Shown here: positions 49,660 through 55,415 of the stretch, piece after piece
Numbering within the stretch: position 1 is the first letter of the stretch
How the letters are laid out: the number at the start of each line of letters is the position of its first letter
Source of the DNA: a virus
Lineage: Duplodnaviria > Caudoviricetes
Virus record (IMG/VR): IMGVR_UViG_3300011116_001007
Length of the DNA stretch: 64,000 nt
Direction: 5' to 3' (one strand)
The notes under the pieces: model-generated
The model's database searches: none
What the model was told of the DNA's origin: nothing
What the model saw: the letters and a program-made list of their open reading frames with translations, nothing else
Program-made: the position numbers and the translations under genes

Positions 49660-50551
49660 GAAAGGACTGAGAATACATCCTCTCCAACAACACCTCGGAC
49701 ATTATTGTACACCTTGCGAGTATACTTTCTTCCGACTTCCACCCGGCCCTATTTCTAGGTATCCTGGTCTGCTGTCAGCATCGCCGTTTAGAGACAGGCA
49801 GTAGTCTTGACGCTGTATGCTATTCTACGCTTTCTATTCCGTTGACCTTGCGAGCCATTCAAGTGCGCTAACACCTTACGAAACTTCCTGCATAAACTAA
49901 TGTCACCTTGCGAGCTTCATTAGACTTGGTTCTCTTGCGAGCCAAGTATTAGATGCTTTTCACATACAACCGAGTCAGTCTTTGCGTTTTAATCGTTAGA
50001 AGGAGTTGAACCTTCAGTCTATTTCTTAAAAGGAAATCGGCCTACCATTAGCCTATAACTGAACCTACTGCGATGTGCTGACTCAGTTGCTGCATACTCT
50101 TTTGGAATACACAATACAACACACCACGTACCTTTTGTCTTGCGAACTACTCAGTCGTCTTTTGCGATCGGTGTGTCCCCGCCTTTCGACAGACCCACTA
50201 ACCACTCAAACTGCATACGAGCCCTTGGGTGCAACCCCTCGGACAAATACGCTACCCTTTCTCATACTAATTAACTGGACTGGTTTAGTTGTGAAGTCAG
50301 CACCACCTGTTACTTTCCATCGACTCAAGTTCCCCTTGCGGGCTTGTAAATCAACGTTCTTTCCACAACATCCAGCGTCATTGTTACAACCACCGGTCTT
50401 ATCAGTGATCGCTACCTCACGGTAGTGAGCAGGCTTGCTTAAACGAACTATCTCTAGCGGAGTTATGTAGGCATACCTCCTTTGGCTGTGTCACCACAGT
50501 TATTCTTCATAAACCAGCAAGCTGGCTTATAGGACGTTAAACCGCCCTTGA
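49657..50551 (-). ncRNA. ~900-nt large structured RNA, GOLLD-like candidate
   Basis: No credible CDS; own promoter; six C-GCAA-G tetraloops plus other GNRA loops; 5'/3' helix AAGGGC/GTCCTT; embedded tRNA module. Confidence 0.65.
49992..50062 (-). tRNA. tRNA-Lys(TTT)-like module embedded in the large RNA, no encoded CCA
   Basis: ATTTC-ctTTTaa-GAAAT, GAAGG-ttcaact-CCTTC, D arm with AATGGTA; acceptor stem has a bulge. Confidence 0.6.
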
Positions 50552-50557
50552 AATCTT

Positions 50558-50586
50558 ATTGTAGCATCAAAGTTGATCCTTGTCAA
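50558..50586 (-). promoter_or_regulatory. sigma70 promoter TTGACA-17-TACAAT driving the large RNA
   Basis: -35 50586-50581, -10 50563-50558. Confidence 0.75.
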
Positions 50587-50596
50587 CTTGAGTTTT

Positions 50597-50680
50597 ACCA
50601 TATAGAAACACACTAGCCTGCAGGACTACTAATAGCTCACGGGTACGCCGCTACTACTAGGTAATGTGTTTTTATATGGT
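50597..50680 (-). repeat. 18-bp-stem hairpin cassette 2
   Basis: 5' arm starts with the ACCA of tRNA-Lys(TTT); mismatch at position 9. Confidence 0.75.
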
Positions 50681-50752
50681 AGGACCGCCCGGATTCGAAC
50701 CGGGAACTGGCGGATTAAAAGTCCGCTGTGATAACCATTTCACCACGATCCC
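50677..50752 (-). tRNA. tRNA-Lys(TTT)
   Basis: gcgga-ctTTTaa-tccgc, CCA. Confidence 0.93.
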
Positions 50753-50756
50753 ATGT

Positions 50757-50831
50757 TGGTCCCTCTACCGAGATTTGAACTCGGACGTCACGGATTAAGA
50801 GTCCGGCATGCTGCCTTAACATCTTAGAGGG
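50757..50831 (-). tRNA. tRNA-Lys(CTT)
   Basis: ccgga-ctCTTaa-tccgt, CCA. Confidence 0.88.
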
Positions 50832-50925
50832 TTGGTATGTAAAATTGTCTTTCACGTGCCAACCCGGACCTACATGGGATCTGGATTGACACTAGCGTTT
50901 AGCACGTTTCATGTCATGTTTCCTT

Positions 50926-51186
50926 TTAAATGTGTTCTTTGTTGAGTCGAGCTCGAGCCGCAGTAGCAAATTCGCTAAAGTTGCCGCACTTGTCTTCCCA
51001 CCGCAACATACTACGGCAAGTGTAACTGATGTCACGCTTGTTCAAGCATACTGCTTCTTGATTGAGTTCACCGTTGACATACACACGGCAGTGATAGTTG
51101 CCGTCAATATTGCGAACAGTTACTTCGTGATCTACTTCGCCCAGGATACAACGCTGGATGCGAACTAGTTGTTTGTATCGTTCCAT
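50926..51186 (-). CDS. Hypothetical protein
   Basis: Start MERYKQ after AAAGGAG SD. Confidence 0.65.
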   Translation of the reverse strand: MERYKQLVRIQRCILGEVDHEVTVRNIDGNYHCRVYVNGELNQEAVCLNKRDISYTCRSMLRWEDKCGNFSEFATAARARLNKEHI

Positions 51187-51205
51187 ACGTTCTCCTTTGA
51201 AAAAT

Positions 51206-51279
51206 TGGTGCCCCACGACAGAATCGAACTGCCATCACAGGATTACAAAACCAGTGTACTGCCATTGTACTAGTAGGGC
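51206..51279 (-). tRNA. tRNA-Thr(TGT), imperfect anticodon stem
   Basis: Loop ttTGTaa, T-T mismatches in stem, CCA. Confidence 0.8.
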
Positions 51280-51286
51280 GTGATTG

Positions 51287-51451
51287 TTAGGATGTCTTTG
51301 ATCTTTTGTCTATAGCACGTTGAATCTTGGCTCGGTGCTTGGGCCTGGCACTCTCCAACATCTTGGTGAGTTGAGCAACATTCAGCGGTCCCAGTCTGGG
51401 TTTGCCACTGTGATGCTTCATGGGATCGTTGCTTGTGTTAAATGATGACAT
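51287..51451 (-). CDS. 54-aa basic protein (MSSFNTSNDPMKHHSGKPRLGPLN...), not in ORF track
   Basis: AGGA SD, ATG 51451, TAA 51287. Confidence 0.5.
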   Translation of the reverse strand: MSSFNTSNDPMKHHSGKPRLGPLNVAQLTKMLESARPKHRAKIQRAIDKRSKTS

Positions 51452-51470
51452 TTTGTTTCCTAAATTAAAT

Positions 51471-51546
51471 TGGCTCCTCAGCGTGGGATCGAACCACGGA
51501 CATCTTGATTAACAGTCAAGTGCAACTACCGCTGTGCTACTGAGGA
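51471..51546 (-). tRNA. tRNA-Asn(GTT)
   Basis: cttga-ctGTTaa-tcaag, CCA. Confidence 0.93.
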
Positions 51547-51553
51547 ATAAACT

Positions 51554-51643
51554 TGGCGGAACGACTGAGACTCGAACTCAGAACCCGGATTACGCCGAGC
51601 GACAGATTAGCAATCTGCTCTAATACCATTATAGGACCGTTCC
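51554..51643 (-). tRNA. tRNA-Ser(GCT)
   Basis: gcaga-ttGCTaa-tctgt, long variable arm, GCCA. Confidence 0.92.
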
Positions 51644-51683
51644 GTGAAAATACTTATGCTGTATCGACAGCATATAAAAAACT

Positions 51684-51757
51684 TGGCGTACCCACTAGGA
51701 CTCGAACCTAGACTGACGGTTTTGGAGACCGCGATGCTGCCATTACACTATGGATAC
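51684..51757 (-). tRNA. tRNA-Trp(CCA)
   Basis: gcggt-ctCCAaa-accgt, GCCA. Confidence 0.92.
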
Positions 51758-51760
51758 ACA

Positions 51761-51835
51761 TGGTGGTTGTGGTTGGCATCGATCCAACCTCCTCGCCTTA
51801 TGAGGGCGGTACGCATCCATCTACGTCACACAACC
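51761..51835 (-). tRNA. tRNA with CAT anticodon (Met or Ile2), atypical T loop ATCGATG
   Basis: ctCATaa loop, GGTTGTG/CACAACC acceptor, CCA. Confidence 0.8.
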
Positions 51836-51840
51836 AAAAC

Positions 51841-51917
51841 TGGGGTGTCTGATGGGGATCGAACCCACGCATGTCGGAATCACAACCCGAGGCCTTAACC
51901 ACTTGGCGACAGACACC
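51841..51917 (-). tRNA. tRNA-His(GTG)
   Basis: tcggg-ttGTGat-tccga, G-1 opposite C73, CCA. Confidence 0.93.
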
Positions 51918-51927
51918 ATATAACAAA

Positions 51928-52004
51928 TGGTACCACCTGAGAGATTCGAACTCCCAACCCCCGGATTCGTAATCCAGTGCTCTATCCAATTGAGCCAAGG
52001 CGGT
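51928..52004 (-). tRNA. tRNA-Arg(ACG)
   Basis: ctgga-ttACGaa-tccgg, CCA. Confidence 0.92.
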
Positions 52005-52053
52005 AAAAAACTGTCCAGGGACGAAGCCGTCAAAGGGCTGTATGGACTTGACT

Positions 52054-52131
52054 TGGAGTAGCGGGTGAGATTTGAACTCACGGTTTTTGGGATTTGCAAT
52101 CCCATGCATTGGGCCACTCTGCCACCGCTAC
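52054..52131 (-). tRNA. tRNA-Cys(GCA)
   Basis: tggga-ttGCAaa-tccca, U73, CCA. Confidence 0.93.
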
Positions 52132-52138
52132 ATGTTGT

Positions 52139-52214
52139 TGGTGCAACCTGTAGGAATCGAACCTACTTCAACGGCTCTTCAGGCCGCCGCTATGACCACA
52201 TCAGCTAAAGTTGC
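52139..52214 (-). tRNA. tRNA-Phe(GAA)
   Basis: gcggc-ctGAAga-gccgt, CCA. Confidence 0.9.
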
Positions 52215-52215
52215 T

Positions 52216-52289
52216 TGGCAGGGACACTAGGGATCGAACCTAGGCTAACAGAGTCAAAGTCTGTTGTGCTACCATTACACAATGTCCCA
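52216..52289 (-). tRNA. tRNA-Gln(TTG)
   Basis: acaga-ctTTGac-tctgt, GCCA. Confidence 0.9.
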
Positions 52290-52296
52290 ACAAAAC

Positions 52297-52372
52297 TGGT
52301 GGAGGATAACGGATTCGAACCGTTTGCTCCTGGTTGCAAACCAGGTGTGTTAGCCAAGTATACCAATCCCCC
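52297..52372 (-). tRNA. tRNA-Ala(TGC)
   Basis: cctgg-ttTGCaa-ccagg, G3:U70, CCA. Confidence 0.93.
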
Positions 52373-52476
52373 GAAAAAAACACAACATAGACGCTCTGCT
52401 ACTGGGCAGACTAGGATTACGCCTTCTATGTTGTTTTGTATAGAGGTGCCGTAATCGAAGCTCTCTATACAATAAC

Positions 52477-52560
52477 TGGTGGAGACAGATGGATTCGAAC
52501 CACCGCGCTATTAAGAACAGATTTACAGTCTGTCGCAATCGACCACTCTGCCATGTCTCC
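52477..52560 (-). tRNA. tRNA-Tyr(GTA)
   Basis: acaga-ctGTAaa-tctgt, variable arm, CCA. Confidence 0.93.
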
Positions 52561-52784
52561 AAAATTGTTACACACTCTTGCGAATGTGTGTATTAAAACA
52601 GACTGTATGCTGTGGGAATAACATTTCTGTCAAGCGACCAGCAACGGATACGCAATCTGTTTTAATACGCTCGGATTTTTTTATGTACAAGAACATAAGC
52701 CATCCCCGAGGCCGCCCGTTTGCCCATGTTTTAAGTGCAGGCTAGGTCCACGTTACCTATTCACACTATTCAACTCTACAAAAT

Positions 52785-52814
52785 GAAAAACCCCGGAGTT
52801 TTTAGTTCCGGGGT
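52785..52814 (-). terminator. Intrinsic terminator of attenuator-like unit 1
   Basis: ACCCCGGA/TCCGGGGT stem followed by TTTTC ATTTT. Confidence 0.75.
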
Positions 52815-52839
52815 CCTTTTGGGTATGTCTTGATACTTG

Positions 52840-52965
52840 TTACAGTATATGACTCCTCAAGGACCCGCGGGCTCCTGGAAATGTATTCACGCGACCATAG
52901 CCACGCGCCCAGGTACTTGCCTGATGCATGGGTTTAATCAACAGTGAACAGATTTGCGTTTTCAT
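52840..52965 (-). CDS. 41-aa putative leader peptide 1 (MKTQICSLLIKPMHQASTWARGYGRVNTFPGARGSLRSHIL)
   Basis: ATG 7 nt after the -10 box of promoter 52973-53001; overlaps the antiterminator strand. Confidence 0.5.
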   Translation of the reverse strand: MKTQICSLLIKPMHQASTWARGYGRVNTFPGARGSLRSHIL

Positions 52966-52972
52966 AGTATCA

Positions 52973-53001
52973 ATTATACGTTATATATCTTAAGAAGTCA
53001 A
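52973..53001 (-). promoter_or_regulatory. sigma70 promoter TTGACT-17-TATAAT
   Basis: Near-consensus boxes, exact spacer. Confidence 0.8.
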
Positions 53002-53046
53002 CCTCTTAAAATATCTTGTGTTGTATTTATACAACACAGGTTAAAA

Positions 53047-53125
53047 TGGATGCGGAGGATGGATTTGAACCACCGATCTGAAGCTTATGAGACTTCCGGG
53101 GACGACCGAACTCCCCCACTCCGCT
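53047..53125 (-). tRNA. tRNA-Met(CAT), initiator-like 1:72 mismatch
   Basis: gaagt-ctCATaa-gcttc, A1:A72 mismatch, CCA; lacks the three G-C anticodon-stem pairs. Confidence 0.8.
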
Positions 53126-53184
53126 GCATGTATTTATCTAGTATAACACCATTGTTTTTAGTGGTCAACTGATTTTGGTAAAAT

Positions 53185-53276
53185 TGGCGGAAGACGGAGG
53201 AGTCGAACCCCATCCCTGTTAAGAGAACCTGGTTTTCAAGGCCAGTCGCAGGACCATCCCCGCTGCATCATCTTCC
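53185..53276 (-). tRNA. tRNA-Ser(TGA)
   Basis: ctggc-ctTGAaa-accag, long variable arm, GCCA. Confidence 0.9.
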
Positions 53277-53281
53277 TGAAT

Positions 53282-53366
53282 TGGTACGAGTGGCCGGACT
53301 CGAACCGGCACGCCATTACGACCTCAGATTTTAAGTCTGATGCGGCTACCATTACGCCACACTCGC
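53282..53366 (-). tRNA. tRNA-Leu(TAA)
   Basis: tcaga-ctTAAaa-tctga, variable arm, CCA. Confidence 0.93.
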
Positions 53367-53375
53367 TTTTTTGAT

Positions 53376-53451
53376 TGGTGCCCCAGGGGAGACTCGAACT
53401 CCCAGAATTTGGTTTCTAAGACCAACATGGCTACCGTTACATCACCGGGGC
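53376..53451 (-). tRNA. tRNA-Leu(TAG), short variable loop
   Basis: ttggt-ctTAGaa-accaa, CCA; no variable arm. Confidence 0.85.
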
Positions 53452-53456
53452 TGATA

Positions 53457-53679
53457 TTGAATTTGCAAGTAGTAGCACCACACTATTGCTACCATTCCCC
53501 CGAATTAACAAGCTCGAGCGGGGTTCGGTACGTCACTTGGGATACAGGTCCAGTACAGTCTCCGTTGCAGACCTCCGCAGTTGCCCGCGGGTGGGAGTTG
53601 AACCCATTAACCTTCTACTATAAAGTACCTTCGAAGAATACAGTATAGCGTGACTTTCTCTTGCTGACACTTACAAAAC
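53457..53679 (-). ncRNA. T-arm-containing ncRNA family, copy A
   Basis: Shares five sequence blocks and the terminal stem with 54495..54680. Confidence 0.65.
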
Positions 53680-53771
53680 TGGGCCTCTGAGAGTGGAATT
53701 GAACCACCAAGGTTTTTGGAACCTTTTTGACCTACTAGTAAGGACGACTTTACCGATTCGTCTACTCAGAG
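53680..53771 (-). tRNA. Degenerate type-II tRNA-like element with central CTA (amber-like) triplet
   Basis: CTCTGAG/CTCAGAG acceptor, GAC-gaatcggtaaa-GTC D arm, loop taCTAgt, AAGGTT/AACCTT variable arm, GGTGG-ttcaatt-CCACT T arm, CCA. Confidence 0.55.
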
Positions 53772-53777
53772 ATAACT

Positions 53778-53851
53778 TGGTGTGTGGGGGTGGGTTCGCT
53801 CACCCTTTCACTGACATACATCAGCACCGTCACTAATCCGGCTCTCACACA
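53778..53851 (-). ncRNA. tRNA-shaped mimic with degenerate loops, CCA end
   Basis: TGTGTG/CACACA acceptor, GCCG/CGGT, GCTGA/TCAGT and GGGTG/CACCC arms; no TTC. Confidence 0.5.
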
Positions 53852-53856
53852 TAAAA

Positions 53857-53899
53857 GGTGGATAACAGATGCCGTAGCATCCGCTTCTCCATAACTTGG
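53857..53899 (-). repeat. 43-bp direct repeat, also at 54683-54725 (2 mismatches)
   Basis: GGTGGATAACAGATGCCG(T/C)AGCA(T/C)CCGCTTCTCCATAACTTGG; follows tRNA-Asp and tRNA-Glu respectively. Confidence 0.85.
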
Positions 53900-53971
53900 C
53901 GGTCTCAAGGGGTAACGATCCCCTTCTTCAACAGTGACAGTGTTGTGTGCGTCCATGAACACTTTGAGACC
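53897..53971 (-). tRNA. tRNA-Asp(GTC), atypical T loop ATCGTTA
   Basis: caaca-ctGTCac-tgttg, GCCA. Confidence 0.85.
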
Positions 53972-54165
53972 AAATAAGGACAAGCTACTGGTTTCCACAC
54001 CAGCCCTTGATTGAGCGGTTACTCTGTCCATCTTTTTTATCTGGTATCTGTGTGCAGAAAGATAACTGCCTATCAGATTCAGGATTGCTCCGCTAACGGT
54101 CTTCTGCCACCGGACCTCTATCGCTAGTCAAACGCTACTTTAACGAAAGTAGTAACGGGATTCTT

Positions 54166-54280
54166 ACCATATAGGAACACACTACGTATCTTAGTCACGT
54201 GTAGTTTTGGAGGGCTACACTACAGACCCAAATAGTTAGACCGCGAATCTAACCCAACCTGGAGTATGTTCTTATATGGC
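54166..54280 (-). repeat. 18-bp-stem hairpin cassette 3
   Basis: Arms 54166-54183 and 54263-54279; 5' arm begins with the CCA of the upstream tRNA mimic. Confidence 0.7.
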
Positions 54281-54353
54281 AAACTCATTGCGGACAGGAT
54301 TCGAACCTGCATCACCCACTAAGGGCATCCTAACCACTAGAAGACCGCGAGTT
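54277..54353 (-). ncRNA. tRNA mimic with truncated anticodon arm and bulged, extended acceptor stem
   Basis: D loop CTAGTGGTT, GCCC-ttagt-GGGT, GCAGG-ttcgaat-CCTGT, AACTC-GCGG/CCGC-aat-GAGTT, GCCA. Confidence 0.55.
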
Positions 54354-54401
54354 CCTGAGGGCAATTACTCCCCAGCACGGATGCTACCTGCAGATAACAT
54401 T

Positions 54402-54484
54402 ACCATATAGGAACACACTTTAGTAAGCCCTACGCATCCGACAAAGTTGTCACGCATCCAAAGCAAAATGTGTTTTTATATAAT
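54402..54484 (-). repeat. 18-bp-stem hairpin cassette 4
   Basis: ATTATATAAAAACACATT / AGTGTGTTCCTATATGGT, G-U pairs at the base. Confidence 0.7.
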
Positions 54485-54494
54485 ACCATATAAA

Positions 54495-54680
54495 TTGAAT
54501 TTGTAAGTAGCAGCACCTCACTCATTGCTACCATTCTACCTGTATTTTCTGTGAAGCCGCGGACAGGATAGAGGTACGTAGTAATAGTAGCTACTTAGCA
54601 GTTGCCATGTTGCCGGACTCGAACCGTTGCCTCATAAGGTTTTCGACGCCTTACTTTCACTACATCTACACTTACAAAAC
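54495..54680 (-). ncRNA. T-arm-containing ncRNA family, copy B
   Basis: See copy A; T arm CGG-TTCGAGT-CCG. Confidence 0.65.
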
Positions 54681-54722
54681 TTGGTGGATAACAGATGCCG
54701 CAGCACCCGCTTCTCCATAACT

Positions 54723-54797
54723 TGGTAGAGCATAGCGGAGTCGAACCGCTCTTAGTGGACTGAAAACCCACTGTCCTAACCGATAGACGAATGCTCC
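54723..54797 (-). tRNA. tRNA-Glu(TTC)
   Basis: gtggg-ttTTCag-tccac, CCA. Confidence 0.9.
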
Positions 54798-54803
54798 ATG
54801 ATT

Positions 54804-55041
54804 CACTATATGAAAACACAATTATACAGGAACTTTGCTGATAAAATCTAATCTAGCTATGATTAGACCAATCGCCGTCATTACTGCCTACCTGTTTCGT
54901 CTTCCTCATCTTCATGGCCTAAGCCACTGATTCAGCATCTTGTAAGTGGAGGAGTAGCCAGCCACGGCGGGGCTCAAACCCATAATCCTATCACTCACCT
55001 AACGATGTAGGTAACCTGTATAATTGTGTTTACATATAGTG
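54804..55041 (-). repeat. Hairpin cassette 5 with 27-bp arms enclosing 184 nt
   Basis: CACTATATG(A/T)AAACACAATTATACAGG inverted repeat at 54804-54830 and 55015-55041. Confidence 0.8.
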
Positions 55042-55267
55042 CTCAGAACTGAATCTGAGTACACTATACAAAATCAAATTTTTAACGAACTTGCTGCACT
55101 GTGTCGATGCACTGTGCTGCTTTCTAACTAGTCTCTAGTATAACACCAAGTGCGATACTGGTCAACCGGTTTTGTAAAGCCCTACAATTTGGAAGGACTT
55201 TACAAATCTTGCTGTTTTTCCCTACTTGCCGCTATTGTAGCAGTTGGGCAATTAGTGGTCAACCACC

Positions 55268-55294
55268 AAAAAAAAACCCGCCTAGTTGGCGGGT
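55268..55294 (-). terminator. Intrinsic terminator of attenuator-like unit 2
   Basis: ACCCGCC-aacta-GGCGGGT followed by a long T run. Confidence 0.8.
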
Positions 55295-55316
55295 CTTTCG
55301 TGAAATTTGTGTAGTA

Positions 55317-55415
55317 TCAAATATCACTAGGCCCGCTGAAGTCATAATCCAGCGCCTCACTCGCATAGTTGAGTGAGGGTATCTCTCGGGACAGTTGGGC
55401 TTGTTGCATAATCAT
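55317..55415 (-). CDS. 32-aa putative leader peptide 2 (MIMQQAQLSREIPSLNYASEALDYDFSGPSDI)
   Basis: ATG 5 nt after the -10 box of TTGCTT-17-TATAAT (55421-55449); internal CCTCACTC/GAGTGAGG hairpin. Confidence 0.45.
   Translation of the reverse strand: MIMQQAQLSREIPSLNYASEALDYDFSGPSDI

Noticed and set aside
49657-49840. A separate ~180-nt CCA-ended RNA with GAAAG/CTTTC ends
   Set aside because: Better explained as the 3' domain of the ~900-nt RNA, whose 5' end also pairs here
53975-54160. Short hairpins in the spacer between cassette 3 and tRNA-Asp
   Set aside because: Only short local stems; no repeat, end-pairing or motif to support a specific claim
43903-54819. ORF-track calls overlapping tRNAs or structured RNAs (e.g. 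43903..44133, 46790..47053, 49448..49804, 50075..50425, 51798..52109, 53340..53648, 53762..54031)
   Set aside because: They run through clear cloverleafs or conserved helices, lack ribosome-binding sites and have non-protein-like composition
49571-55041. Hairpin cassettes or the 43-bp repeat as a CRISPR array
   Set aside because: Repeats are dispersed, inverted and irregularly spaced rather than tandem with uniform spacers; no cas genes seen
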